Program-made: the position numbers and the translations under genes
From: Coprobacillaceae bacterium
GTDB taxonomy: Bacteria; Bacillota_I; Bacilli_A; Erysipelotrichales; Coprobacillaceae
NCBI GenBank assembly: GCA_963675515.1
Contig: OY776328.1
Span: forward strand, 2,550,001-2,582,000
Reading direction: 5' to 3'
DNA: 32,000 bases
In this document: in pieces, positions 7,204 to 20,765 of the stretch
Numbering within the stretch: position 1 is the stretch's first letter
Layout: every line of letters begins with the position of its first letter
The notes under the pieces: generated by a model
The model's database searches: none
What the model was told of the DNA's origin: nothing
Seen by the model: the letters and a program-made list of their open reading frames with translations, nothing else

Positions 7204-8550
7204 CTATTTTCTAGACATTACTACGATGTTCTCAACATGAGTACTTTGCGGGAACATGTCCACTGGCTGGCAATAGTCGGCCTGGTAGTAATCTTTAAGA
7301 TATTTGATATCCCTAGCCTGGGTCGCCACATCGCATGAGATGTAGACAATCTCCCTTGGATTCGCTTTGATCAGATGATCCAGGAATTCCTTGGAACATC
7401 CTTTTCTTGGTGGATCGACGAAAACGACATCGATTGCGATTCCTTTTTTGGCCAATTCCATCATGTATTCGCCGGCATCACCCAGTGCGAATTCGACGTT
7501 TTCAATCTTGTTGACTTCGGCGTTGTTCTTAGCGTCATCGATGGCTGCCTCAACAATTTCCACCCCATACGCCTTTTTGACATGTTTTGCCAATGACAGG
7601 GTGATTGTCCCGATACCGCAATAGGCATCAAGAACCACGTCTTCTTCGGTAATCGAGCTGTGATCGATGGCAGTCTGGTAAAGTTTTTCCACCTGGATCG
7701 GATTGACCTGGTAGAATGACTTCGCCGAAATGTTGAACAGGTTACCAAGCAGGTAATCCTGGATGTAGCCAGGGCCGTAAACGACCGTCTCCTCATTACC
7801 CAGGATGACATTGTCTTTGCGGGGGTTGAAGTTGTGAACTATCGTCTTCAGTTCCGGAAACTCCTTGGTCAGAATGGCAACCATCTTGTCAAGATCCTTG
7901 ATCTTCCGTTTGAAACTTATCAGCACCAGCATCAGCTCATCGGTGTGATAACCATGCTTGGTCAGGATATGTTTGATATTGCCGGTGTGGAGTTCCTTGT
8001 CATATGGATTGACCTTGAACTGCTCCATGAGCTCGACAACGCGGTTGACCAGCTTGTTCGATTTGACATTCTGGATGTCGCATGATTTGGTAGGCACAAT
8101 CTCATTGGTCTTGGCCTTGTAGAAGCCCGAGACGATGTGATTGTTCTTCATACCAACCGGCATCTGGACCTTGTTGCGGTAGTTCCATGGATCTTCCATC
8201 ATCAAGCAGTCATGGACTTCGACATCACAGTCGCCCAGGCGAGTTAGGGCATCCCTGACTCTTTTTGTCTTGAATTCCTGTTGCCCCTTTGAGCCTAGAT
8301 GCTGCAATGAACATCCGCCACACTGCTTGTAGACCGGACAGCGTGGCTGCTGGCGATGCTTCGATGGGATGGTCAGCTCAATCAGCCGGCCCACCCCGTA
8401 ATTCTTGAGCATTTTGATAACTTTGATATTTCCGGTTTCATTTATAAGCATCCCCGGCACAAAGTATGTGAAGTTATCATGCTTGACCACACCACGTCCA
8501 TCGTGAGTCAGATCAGAGCAGGTTCCAATAAAATAATCGTTTTTTTTCAT
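7204..8550 (-). CDS. rlmCD: 23S rRNA (uracil-C5)-methyltransferase, RlmCD/RumA type
   Basis: N-terminal TRAM-like domain. Fe-S cysteine cluster CPVYKQCGGCSLQH. SAM motif LDAYCGIGTITL, DPPRKG, and the catalytic-Cys region ISCDVATQARD. AGGAG SD is present. Confidence 0.85.
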   Translation of the reverse strand: MKKNDYFIGTCSDLTHDGRGVVKHDNFTYFVPGMLINETGNIKVIKMLKNYGVGRLIELTIPSKHRQQPRCPVYKQCGGCSLQHLGSKGQQEFKTKRVRDALTRLGDCDVEVHDCLMMEDPWNYRNKVQMPVGMKNNHIVSGFYKAKTNEIVPTKSCDIQNVKSNKLVNRVVELMEQFKVNPYDKELHTGNIKHILTKHGYHTDELMLVLISFKRKIKDLDKMVAILTKEFPELKTIVHNFNPRKDNVILGNEETVVYGPGYIQDYLLGNLFNISAKSFYQVNPIQVEKLYQTAIDHSSITEEDVVLDAYCGIGTITLSLAKHVKKAYGVEIVEAAIDDAKNNAEVNKIENVEFALGDAGEYMMELAKKGIAIDVVFVDPPRKGCSKEFLDHLIKANPREIVYISCDVATQARDIKYLKDYYQADYCQPVDMFPQSTHVENIVVMSRK

Positions 8551-8568
8551 TAATTTCTCCTACCGTGA

Positions 8569-9252
8569 TTACTCTTCGTTGGCGGCGTCAGCCAGGACAT
8601 CATCGGTTGTATCCTGATCCTTGACTGAGGCGTAAGTCCATGATATAGTGTCAAGCTTTGGCATCTTGGTACCGAAAATCGGGAAGTCGCCGTTGTTTGT
8701 TGTTGTCAACATGAAATCGACGTTGTATTGACCACGACTATCATATTCGCCTAGAAGCGTTGACCACGACGATCCTTCCACCGCTTCATATCCAGCAGCG
8801 TCGTCTATCATGATCAAGGTTTCCTTAGCCAGGCTGGTAGCCGTGTCCTTGATTGTTCCTTCCACGAAGTCGATATTGATCTTGATGATGCGGCAGTCCA
8901 CGGTGATTGCCACGTCGTTGATATTGACATTTTCTTCCATGGTTGTTTCCACCTGGTCAAAAATCGCGGTATCGAGACTCAAAAGGGACGCGCAACGGTC
9001 GCCGTAAACAGGACCGTCGTTTTTCCCTGAACCTATCAGCCAGGCGACAAAGGCCACAATTACGACCATTATGACAAGGACAACAGCTCCCAATTTCTTA
9101 AGATCGTTATTGCGCATTTTCTTTGATTTCATCTTTTCTTCCTTACCGGCATCCAGTTGCAAAGTGGTAACACCATCTATTTCTTTTTCTTCTTTTATCT
9201 TATCCAATCCCAATTTATCCTCATCTGAGTTGGGTTTATTCATTTTTACCAT
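8569..9252 (-). CDS. hypothetical type-II membrane-anchored protein (227 aa)
   Basis: A charged N-terminus is followed by a single helix LGAVVLVIMVVIVAFVAWLIG and then an acidic ~150-aa extracytoplasmic domain. AGAGGTG SD is present. No family recognised. Confidence 0.6.
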   Translation of the reverse strand: MVKMNKPNSDEDKLGLDKIKEEKEIDGVTTLQLDAGKEEKMKSKKMRNNDLKKLGAVVLVIMVVIVAFVAWLIGSGKNDGPVYGDRCASLLSLDTAIFDQVETTMEENVNINDVAITVDCRIIKINIDFVEGTIKDTATSLAKETLIMIDDAAGYEAVEGSSWSTLLGEYDSRGQYNVDFMLTTTNNGDFPIFGTKMPKLDTISWTYASVKDQDTTDDVLADAANEE

Positions 9253-9300
9253 AATTTCACCTCTAAGTGCAATTGTAGCAAATAATTTCTTATTTGTACA

Positions 9301-10731
9301 CTAGCAACGCGCTTTTAGCAGTTCGACCACCAGTTTGTTTGCTACGGCAGGGTTGGCCTGACCGTTCGTCGCTTTCATCAGCTGTCCGACAATGAATCCC
9401 ACCGCGCGGTTTTTACCGTTGCTGTAATCCTCGATCGATTGCGGATTTGCGTCCAGAATGTCATTGATATACTGGCTCAACACCTCGATTGAAGATATCT
9501 GTTTCATATTGCGCTCTTCGATGATCACATTCGGGTCCTGACCTTCTTCCATCGTGATGGTGAATACCTCTTTGGCCTGTTTCGATGAGATCGTCCCATC
9601 GTTGATCAGGGTGATCAGAGATGCCAGGTTGACTGGAGTCAGTCTGGTCTGGTCGATTGTGAGTTTGGACTTGTTGAGATACGCCGCAACCTCCCCTAAC
9701 ATCCAGTTGGCAACCTGCTTGTATTGGTCAGTATGCTGGATAGTATCGTTGAAGAAGTCCGCTGTCGGTTTGGTCTGGACCAGGATCAAGGCATCGGTCT
9801 TTGGTATCTGGTACTCTTCGACATAGCGTTTGACCAGCACATCAGGCATTTCTGGAAGGTTGTCCTTGATCGATTCAACCCAGGCGTGATCCAGCCTGAT
9901 TGGCAGGATATTCGGTTCCGGATAGTATTTGTAGTCGACCGCGTCACCCTTGGCCCGCATGACCACCGTCTGTTTGAGGTCCTCATCGAAGCGCATCGTA
10001 TTCTGGGTCACCTGACCACCGCTAAGAATGATCTTTTCCTGGCGTGCCACTTCGTATTCGATCGCCTTTTGCACGTTGGAAATCGAGTTGAGATTCTTTA
10101 TTTCACAGCGGGTTCCAAAACGGTCCGAACCGAATGGCCGGATTGAGACATTGACGTCGCAGCGCATCGATCCCTCTTCCATCTTGGCATCGGAAACATC
10201 AGTGAAAAGCAGGATCTGGCGCAACCTTTCAAGGTAGGCTGCCGCCCCCGCTCCCGAGCGGATTGTCGGTCTTGTTACAATCTCGATAAGCGGAATTCCC
10301 GAACGGTTGTAGTCGATAAGCGAATAGTCGTCAAAGTGGAACTGCTTGGCAGTATCCTCTTCCATATGGAGCCGTTCGATTTCCACAATTTCCACTTGCC
10401 CGTCAAATTCGATTTCCAACTCACCGTTTCTTCCAATCGGCCGACGGTCCTGGGTTATCTGGAAACCTTTGGGCAGGTCGGAATAATAGTAGTTCTTGCG
10501 GTCGAAGACAACGAGCTCGTCGATTTCCATATTAAGAGCATGGCATACCCTCAGGGCATATTCAACTCCGGACTTGTTCAATACCGGCATCGCTCCGGTC
10601 ATTCCCATGTCGATTATGTTGACCTTGGTGTTGACCTCTTCCCCGAAAGTCACGGGAGATGCGGAAAACATTTTTGATTTCGTCTTTAATTCGGTATGGA
10701 CCTCTAATCCAATTACAACTTCAAAATTCAT
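9301..10731 (-). CDS. gatB: Asp/Glu-tRNA(Asn/Gln) amidotransferase subunit B
   Basis: Canonical N-terminus MNFEVVIGLEVHTELKT. Start trimmed from the ORF-track 10815 to ATG 10731, which lies 1 nt after the gatA stop. It completes the gatCAB order. Confidence 0.95.
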   Translation of the reverse strand: MNFEVVIGLEVHTELKTKSKMFSASPVTFGEEVNTKVNIIDMGMTGAMPVLNKSGVEYALRVCHALNMEIDELVVFDRKNYYYSDLPKGFQITQDRRPIGRNGELEIEFDGQVEIVEIERLHMEEDTAKQFHFDDYSLIDYNRSGIPLIEIVTRPTIRSGAGAAAYLERLRQILLFTDVSDAKMEEGSMRCDVNVSIRPFGSDRFGTRCEIKNLNSISNVQKAIEYEVARQEKIILSGGQVTQNTMRFDEDLKQTVVMRAKGDAVDYKYYPEPNILPIRLDHAWVESIKDNLPEMPDVLVKRYVEEYQIPKTDALILVQTKPTADFFNDTIQHTDQYKQVANWMLGEVAAYLNKSKLTIDQTRLTPVNLASLITLINDGTISSKQAKEVFTITMEEGQDPNVIIEERNMKQISSIEVLSQYINDILDANPQSIEDYSNGKNRAVGFIVGQLMKATNGQANPAVANKLVVELLKARC

Positions 10732-10732
10732 A

Positions 10733-12172
10733 TTAGTCCTCCCTCTTGTATCTGTCCTTGAAATCAAGAACCTGTTCCAGGGCATAAGCCACATCCAGGA
10801 CGGTCTGTTCCTCAAAGATCTTTCCGGTGATGTTCAGTCCGATCGGCATCCCGTCAGCCAGGCCTACCGGCATGGTCAAAGAAGGGTTGCCCCCGAAATT
10901 GGCAAGCGCCAGGTAGTTTTCAAGAATGATGTATTCGTCTGAAAGCATGTCGTCGCTGGCTTCTGCCACTTTCGGCGCGATCTGCCCGCTGTTTGGCGCG
11001 ATGATGACATCCGCATTTTTGAAGATCTCATCCATCCCTTCGACAATCAGGCGTCTTACCCTTTGGGCCTGGCGGAACATCTTTTCCTGATTTTCCGTCG
11101 CCAAGGCCAGATTGCCCAAAATGAAACGGCGTTTGATATGATCCCCGAATCCATTGGTGCGGGAATTGATCATGACCTCGTCAACCGATTCGCCCGGCTG
11201 GCGGTTTCCGTACTTGATTCCATCGAGACAGGCATGGTTGCTTGTCGCTTCCGAATTGGCGATGATCTTGTAGACCGGAAGGATTGCCCGGGCAAGCTCA
11301 TGGTCCATGGTAACTTCGATCACATTGGCCCCGAGATCCTTGAACTTGGCAACCACTTCTTCGAAGTTGGCTTTGATCTGCTCGTTTTTGACTTCATTGG
11401 ACACAGTTGTCAATATCGCGACAGTCTTGTTTTTGAGATCGGGATTAAGGTTTTCCAGATAATCAGGCACTTCCTTGAATGAGGAAGTCATGTCCCGGTC
11501 GTCACGACCGGCCAGTTCCCTGGTGACGATCGCCATGTCGCGCACATTGCGGGTGAAGATTCCCACCGCATCAAGACTTGACGCATAAGGGATAATCCCG
11601 TAGCGGGAAATCCTTCCCCAGGTAGGCTTGAAGCCGTAGATGCCGCAAAGTCCGGCCGGTTTGCGGACCGAATCCCCGGTATCCGAACCCATCGCAAAAG
11701 GCACCAGGCCACTAGCCACGCTGGCTGCCGATCCTCCCGATGAACCACCCGAGATCCGTGAAGTGTCCCAAGGGTTGAGCACCGGACCGGTAAGGGCCGA
11801 CTTGTTTGTCCCGCCCATTGCCAGTTCGTCCATGCTCGCTTTTCCAACCAGGGCCATATTGGCCTTTTGAAGCGACTCGTAAACTGTCGCCGAGTAGACC
11901 GGCACGTAATCCTCAAGCATCCTAGAGCTTGCGGTAGTCAGGATCCCTTTGGTGTTGTAGTTGTCTTTGAGGATTCCTGGAATCCTATCAAGCAAAGATC
12001 CGCTTTGCTTTTCCAGAGCCTTGAAGGCTTCTTCCTTCGTTATGGTGACCAGGCAGTTAAGGCGTTTTTGCTGGCGATCAACTTCCGCGAACAGTTCTTC
12101 ATAGTACTGTTTGAGATCGATTTCGTTGTTTTTGATTTTCGCAGCCAGCTGTTCGATTGTATATACTTCCAT
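10733..12172 (-). CDS. gatA: Glu-tRNA(Gln) amidotransferase subunit A
   Basis: Amidase signature GGSSGGSAASVASG. Start trimmed to MEVYTIEQL (ATG 12172), which overlaps the gatC stop as TAATG. Confidence 0.95.
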   Translation of the reverse strand: MEVYTIEQLAAKIKNNEIDLKQYYEELFAEVDRQQKRLNCLVTITKEEAFKALEKQSGSLLDRIPGILKDNYNTKGILTTASSRMLEDYVPVYSATVYESLQKANMALVGKASMDELAMGGTNKSALTGPVLNPWDTSRISGGSSGGSAASVASGLVPFAMGSDTGDSVRKPAGLCGIYGFKPTWGRISRYGIIPYASSLDAVGIFTRNVRDMAIVTRELAGRDDRDMTSSFKEVPDYLENLNPDLKNKTVAILTTVSNEVKNEQIKANFEEVVAKFKDLGANVIEVTMDHELARAILPVYKIIANSEATSNHACLDGIKYGNRQPGESVDEVMINSRTNGFGDHIKRRFILGNLALATENQEKMFRQAQRVRRLIVEGMDEIFKNADVIIAPNSGQIAPKVAEASDDMLSDEYIILENYLALANFGGNPSLTMPVGLADGMPIGLNITGKIFEEQTVLDVAYALEQVLDFKDRYKRED

Positions 12173-12459
12173 TATCCCACCACCTTTGGCACTTTGACCT
12201 GATTTTGCAAAACTTCCTTGGCATTTTTCAAGGCGTCCTCGCGGGAGATGACATCGCATGGATCATCTTCTCGCATGAATGTCGTCTCGATATCGTACGG
12301 GTAGGCCATGATCGCCACACCGGTCGTATCGATCTTCTCGAGCACCTGAACGTGGTGCATGAAAACCTCATATTCTTCAACCAGGGCTGGCATCTGCTGC
12401 TCGTTGATGTCGAACATCGTCTTCAACCCCAGTTCCTTGAGCATTTTTTCTTTATCCAT
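12172..12459 (-). CDS. gatC: Asp/Glu-tRNA amidotransferase subunit C
   Basis: 95 aa, directly upstream of gatA. Start trimmed to MDKEKM (ATG 12459), which follows GGAGG with a 5-nt spacer. Confidence 0.85.
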   Translation of the reverse strand: MDKEKMLKELGLKTMFDINEQQMPALVEEYEVFMHHVQVLEKIDTTGVAIMAYPYDIETTFMREDDPCDVISREDALKNAKEVLQNQVKVPKVVG

Positions 12460-12475
12460 ATTTACCTCCATTCTC

Positions 12476-13552
12476 TCACACTAACATTATCGCTTCGCTG
12501 CTCTTGTTGGCAGTCTTGTGGATGACCGCCACATCCTCATCCTGGGACGAGACCATAATTGTTGCCGGATAATCAATCAGATAATCGTCGGCGGCCTCCT
12601 TGATTATTGAGACCAAATAAATCAATTCCGTATATGTCTTGACATTGATATTGACATCGACCGTGAACTTCACAAGACTGTTGCTTGAGTAGGTTCCCTC
12701 GCCGATGATTCCGACCGCCTCATAGGCGCCGTCTTTGATTTCCTTTTTGAAAAGGGAGAAGGCGTCATTGAGATTGTAATCGAGCTCGCTGGCGGCGCTT
12801 GATGCGAACAGGACTGTAGTGTCGTCCACATTATCGATTGTTCCCATCCCGCCCGACTCCTCCACGCATCTAAGGATGTAGCCCCCGTTGTAGTCATTGA
12901 CCGTCGTATCGGTGGCCAGATAGACATAGATGTTCACCGGCACTTCCTTGAAGTCTTCCAGCGACTTGACATAATCATACATCGTCGGGATGATGTTGCG
13001 CGAATAATCATAGATTGTCGTCGAAGTCATCGACGAGTCCAGCCGGTTGTTGCTTTCATCCCGGGGATCGACAATTATCGCGAAACTAGCTCCCGCAAGA
13101 TCGAAACTCCCCCCTGATTTCCGGTAGAAATCCTGTTCGTAGATGGTTGAAACCATAATCGGATTAGCCACCCCTTCGATGGTCGTCCCGCGCTGGGGCT
13201 GAAGGGTATTGGGGTACTCCTCGGGATCGCTTGACCTACGCAGCAGGGCGCTGAGATTGTCGCTTGTAAGCAGATTACCTTCAGAAAGATAATAGCTGTC
13301 GGTGTCAAACACGCGGGCACTGAGCCGCTGGAGTCCGTTTCCGATTTTGATAAAGTCCACTGTCGAGTAAAACGAAGTGTAGTAACTCGAGCGGATGTTG
13401 CTTGCCCCAAAATCAACAATCGAATAGAAGCTCGAATCGAGCTCGTTGCTGGGAGCGATATTGGTCTGGGTCTGGTCATCGACCGTGTCGACCGCCTGGT
13501 TGCAGCCGCTAAGACCCAGAACCAGGATAATCATCAAAATAATTTTTTTCAT
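12476..13552 (-). CDS. camS: CamS-family lipoprotein (sex-pheromone precursor family, YerH-like)
   Basis: Lipobox LGLSGC after a signal peptide. About 360 aa and positioned between ligA and gatC, as for yerH/camS in Bacillus and Staphylococcus. Start taken as MKKII (ATG 13552); the ORF-track start at 13564 is a GTG inside ligA. Confidence 0.7.
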   Translation of the reverse strand: MKKIILMIILVLGLSGCNQAVDTVDDQTQTNIAPSNELDSSFYSIVDFGASNIRSSYYTSFYSTVDFIKIGNGLQRLSARVFDTDSYYLSEGNLLTSDNLSALLRRSSDPEEYPNTLQPQRGTTIEGVANPIMVSTIYEQDFYRKSGGSFDLAGASFAIIVDPRDESNNRLDSSMTSTTIYDYSRNIIPTMYDYVKSLEDFKEVPVNIYVYLATDTTVNDYNGGYILRCVEESGGMGTIDNVDDTTVLFASSAASELDYNLNDAFSLFKKEIKDGAYEAVGIIGEGTYSSNSLVKFTVDVNINVKTYTELIYLVSIIKEAADDYLIDYPATIMVSSQDEDVAVIHKTANKSSEAIMLV

Positions 13553-13553
13553 T

Positions 13554-15596
<2,043 letters not shown>

Positions 15597-15634
15597 TTAA
15601 AACCATTATTTTTGATTGTTCCTGGCTTCGGGCA

Positions 15635-15659
15635 AAGAAAAAAAGCTCCGCCAAAGCTT
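15635..15659 (-). terminator. weak intrinsic terminator after pcrA
   Basis: The minus strand has AAGCT-TTGGCGG-AGCTT followed by a T-run (TTTTTTTCTT). The stem is only 5 bp, so termination is probably partial. Confidence 0.45.
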
Positions 15660-15679
15660 CATAAAGTCATGGCGTGCTT

Positions 15680-17809
15680 TCAGTTTAACAATAATTTCAG
15701 GGCGCTGTGACCGGCCATAAGGACCTTGATGCCCACATTCGCCTCAAAGGCCACATGGACGGTGTTCCCGTCGATTTTGACGACCACCCCTTTGCCAAAG
15801 ACATCATGCATAAGCAAGTCCCCGACCTGCCAGTCGATGTTGTTGTCTGCCACCACTTTTTTAGGGATCAGGTCATTGACCACGAAGCGGGGTTTGATTC
15901 CTTTGCGTTCGACACCGCCTTCGCCAATCTCATGGATGAACCGCGAACCGGTCTTGGGCGAGTTGGTGATGAAATTGTAGCCCTCGCTGTCGGTAAGATA
16001 CAGCCGCTTTTTGGCCCGGGTGAAAGCCACGTAAGCCAGCCGTCGCTCTTCTTCAAGTCCGTCGTCACCCTCCTGGGAGATGGTCCGATAGGAAGGGAAC
16101 ACCCCTTCACTCAGGCCTGAAACAAATACATAATTGAACTCAAGCCCTTTGGCCATGTGGATCGACATCAATGACACAAACTCCTTTGCGTCCTGGGCAT
16201 TGTTGTCAGTGAAAAGGGCGATATCCTGGAGATAGTTCTCGAAGGTCGCGGTTTCCGGGTTGTCTTTCTGGTATTGTTCGATCGAGCGCTGCAATTCATG
16301 GATATTGTCAATCCGGTTTTCCTCAAGATCGCCTCTGAGCATCTCCATGTAACCTAGATCATCGAGAAGCTCCTCGAAGATTACCGCAAGCGACTTGGTC
16401 GACTGGCGGGCCTTTTCAAGCGCCATCACCATCGACTTGAGGCCTTTTTTCGACTTGGAACTCAGCTTGATTTCCTGGTTGTGGAAGCAGACGGCCTCGT
16501 ATTCGCTTACCTGGTTGTTCAAGGCGCAAAGCTGGATCGATTCGAGACTTTTCTGTCCGATGCCTCGTGCTGGTACATTGGCAATCCGCTCGAAAGCGAG
16601 ATCGTCCTGGTTGACCAGAAGGCGCAGGTAGCTTAACGCATCCTTGATTTCCTTGCGGTTGAAGAATTTCAGGCCACCGAAGATCTTGTAATCGATGCCT
16701 CTGCGGATCAGCGCCTGCTCGATTGGCCTTGAAAGGTAATTGGCCCGGTACAGAATCGCGAAATCGCTGTAGTTGACCCCCTCTACCTCGTGAATCAGCC
16801 CCTCGATCTGGTCGGCGATGTACTCGGCTTCCTTCTCCTCATTGACTGCGGTGTAGGAAATGACACTTGCTCCCGCATCAGCCTTGGTGAAAAGCTCCTT
16901 TTCAAGCCGGTTGGCATTGTTCTTGATCAGCTCATTGGAAGCGTTGAGAATGTTCTGGGTCGAACGGTAGTTTTCGTTGAGATAGATTGTCTTGCATGGT
17001 GCAAAATCATGAGGGAAATCAAGGATGTAGTTCACATCCGCCCCACGGAAGCTGTAGATAGTCTGGTCGGGATCGCCAACCACACAGATTACCGCCTTCT
17101 TGGAAAGCAGCTTGACCAGACGATATTCATAGTCGCCCACGTCCTGGAACTCATCGACGTGGATATAGTCGTATTTGGCTTGCCATTTGGAAAGGACATA
17201 GTCGTAGTTTTCCAGGATGAATGTCGCCTTCAGGATCAAATCATCGAAATCAAGCATGAAGTGCTTCTGCTTGTAATCCTCGTATTCCTGGTAGATCAGA
17301 GCCTTGCGCCTTTCGGAGTCGATCCCCTCATAAAGTCGGAGCGCCTTCTGGGGATCGATATCGCTCATCTTGTTGGCCGAGATGAAGTTGATGGCACTCT
17401 TGAAACGGATGGCCTTCAAATCGATGTTCAGCTTCTGGTAGACTTTCTTGAGCAGCGCCTTCTGGTCTTCCTCGTCCATTATGACGAAATTTCCCGGGTA
17501 ATTGAGGACATTGATATGCTGGCGCAATAGGCGCACGCAAAAGGAGTGGATCGTCGAGATGGTGCACTGGTGGGCCTGGATGCCCACCACCTTCTCAATC
17601 CGCTCTTTCATCTCGTTGGCCGCCTTGTTGGTGAAGGTAATCGCCAGGATCCTTCTAGGATCGATGCCGATATCCTCAATCAGATAGGCGATGCGGTAGG
17701 TGACAACCCGGGTCTTGCCCGAGCCGGCCCCGGCGATTATCCGCAGATTCCCGTCAATGAAGGTCGCCCCTTCAAGTTGCTGGGGATTGAGCAGTTTATT
17801 TAATTCCAA
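15680..17809 (-). CDS. pcrA: ATP-dependent DNA helicase PcrA (UvrD/Rep family)
   Basis: Walker A GAGSGKTRV and motif II DEFQD, 709 aa, upstream of ligA as in Bacillus. TTG start follows AAGGAGG with a 7-nt spacer, and this SD overlaps the pyrD stop. Confidence 0.93.
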   Translation of the reverse strand: MELNKLLNPQQLEGATFIDGNLRIIAGAGSGKTRVVTYRIAYLIEDIGIDPRRILAITFTNKAANEMKERIEKVVGIQAHQCTISTIHSFCVRLLRQHINVLNYPGNFVIMDEEDQKALLKKVYQKLNIDLKAIRFKSAINFISANKMSDIDPQKALRLYEGIDSERRKALIYQEYEDYKQKHFMLDFDDLILKATFILENYDYVLSKWQAKYDYIHVDEFQDVGDYEYRLVKLLSKKAVICVVGDPDQTIYSFRGADVNYILDFPHDFAPCKTIYLNENYRSTQNILNASNELIKNNANRLEKELFTKADAGASVISYTAVNEEKEAEYIADQIEGLIHEVEGVNYSDFAILYRANYLSRPIEQALIRRGIDYKIFGGLKFFNRKEIKDALSYLRLLVNQDDLAFERIANVPARGIGQKSLESIQLCALNNQVSEYEAVCFHNQEIKLSSKSKKGLKSMVMALEKARQSTKSLAVIFEELLDDLGYMEMLRGDLEENRIDNIHELQRSIEQYQKDNPETATFENYLQDIALFTDNNAQDAKEFVSLMSIHMAKGLEFNYVFVSGLSEGVFPSYRTISQEGDDGLEEERRLAYVAFTRAKKRLYLTDSEGYNFITNSPKTGSRFIHEIGEGGVERKGIKPRFVVNDLIPKKVVADNNIDWQVGDLLMHDVFGKGVVVKIDGNTVHVAFEANVGIKVLMAGHSALKLLLN

Positions 17810-17821
17810 AAAATCGCCTCC

Positions 17822-19490
<1,669 letters not shown>

Positions 19491-20765
19491 CTATTTCTCT
19501 CCTTGCAAATTGTGAACTTTGCCATCGATGATGTTGTAGGCAACCAGGCCGGAAACCTTAGTGTTCAAAAATGGCGTATTGATTGATTTGGATTTGATCG
19601 ATTCCTTGGTGATGACAAACTCCTTGTCCAGATCGATCACATTGAAATTGGCTTTGGCCCCGATTTCCAGCCGGTGGTCGATTCTTAGCACCCGGGCCGG
19701 ATTGGCGCTCATGGAATCAAGGATTGTCTCCAGGGCTACCAGGCCTTTTTTTACCAGGTGGGTATAGCACAAGCAAAACGCATGTTGCGACCCGATGATC
19801 CCAAAAGGTGCCTTGTCGATGGCAACCGATTTTTCCTCGATGCTGTGGGGCGCGTGGTCAGTGGAAATGCAGGTGACAACTCCTGAGTTGAGCGCGCCTA
19901 TCAACGATGCCACGTCATCTTTCGAGCGCAGTGGCGGATTCATCTTGAAATTTGGATTGTCCTTTTGGACATCCTCGTCGCACAAGATCAGGTGATGCGG
20001 GCACACCTCACCGGAGATAAGATCATTATGATATTTTGCCAGACATCCGATTGTCTCTTTGGTCGAGATATGGCAGATGTGGTAACGGTTCTTGATCTCG
20101 CTGGCCATAACCAGATCACGGCAGGCCTGGTTAGATTCCGAAGCGTTGTTGATTCCCACGAGTTCAAGCTGTTCGCTTGTCTTCGAAAGGTTGATCGAAC
20201 CTCCGGTAACCAGTTCCTCCTCGTCTTCGCAGTGGGCCACAATCAGGCTGTCGTACTTTTTGGCCTCTTTCATTGCGACTTCCATCATCTTCGCTTCCTG
20301 AACACCACGGCCGTCGTCGGAAAAGCCGACAATTATCTTGCTTTCCAGGTTGGCCTTGAAATCGACCAGCTCCTTGCCAGCCAGATTTTTAGTGATCGCG
20401 GAGTAGGAATAAGTATGGACCATAGCATCCTTTTCGATGATTTCTTCCAACCTGGCGATTGTTTCAACATCGTCCATGACCGGATTCGTGTTGGCCATGG
20501 CCACCACATGAGAATAACCGCCATAAAGAGCCGCGAGTGTCCCGGTTGCCACGGTTTCCTTGTGTTCGTATCCGGGCTGACGCAGATGGACGTGGAGGTC
20601 GACAAAGCCCAAAGAAACCAGTTTGCCTTCGATATCGATGATTGTACCCTGATCCGTGATTTCAGGAGCGATATCGGATATTTTTTCATCCTCGACCAGG
20701 ATGTCGAGTTTCCGGATTTTTCCCTGGTAATATACATTACCGTTTTTAAAAAGTGTCTTATTCAT
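19491..20765 (-). CDS. pyrC: dihydroorotase
   Basis: Metal-binding DLHVHLRQPG motif, later HCED and STDHAP motifs, 424 aa. Confidence 0.93.
   Translation of the reverse strand: MNKTLFKNGNVYYQGKIRKLDILVEDEKISDIAPEITDQGTIIDIEGKLVSLGFVDLHVHLRQPGYEHKETVATGTLAALYGGYSHVVAMANTNPVMDDVETIARLEEIIEKDAMVHTYSYSAITKNLAGKELVDFKANLESKIIVGFSDDGRGVQEAKMMEVAMKEAKKYDSLIVAHCEDEEELVTGGSINLSKTSEQLELVGINNASESNQACRDLVMASEIKNRYHICHISTKETIGCLAKYHNDLISGEVCPHHLILCDEDVQKDNPNFKMNPPLRSKDDVASLIGALNSGVVTCISTDHAPHSIEEKSVAIDKAPFGIIGSQHAFCLCYTHLVKKGLVALETILDSMSANPARVLRIDHRLEIGAKANFNVIDLDKEFVITKESIKSKSINTPFLNTKVSGLVAYNIIDGKVHNLQGEK

Noticed and set aside
9301-10815. Long N-terminal extensions in the ORF track (gatB to 10815, gatA to 12259, PII to 29517, def from 26734, GNAT to 4459, membrane protein to 5361)
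   Set aside because: The extended parts lack SDs and overlap the preceding gene or promoter. They also precede canonical family N-termini (for example MNFEVVIGLEVH for GatB) that do have SDs. Starts were trimmed accordingly.
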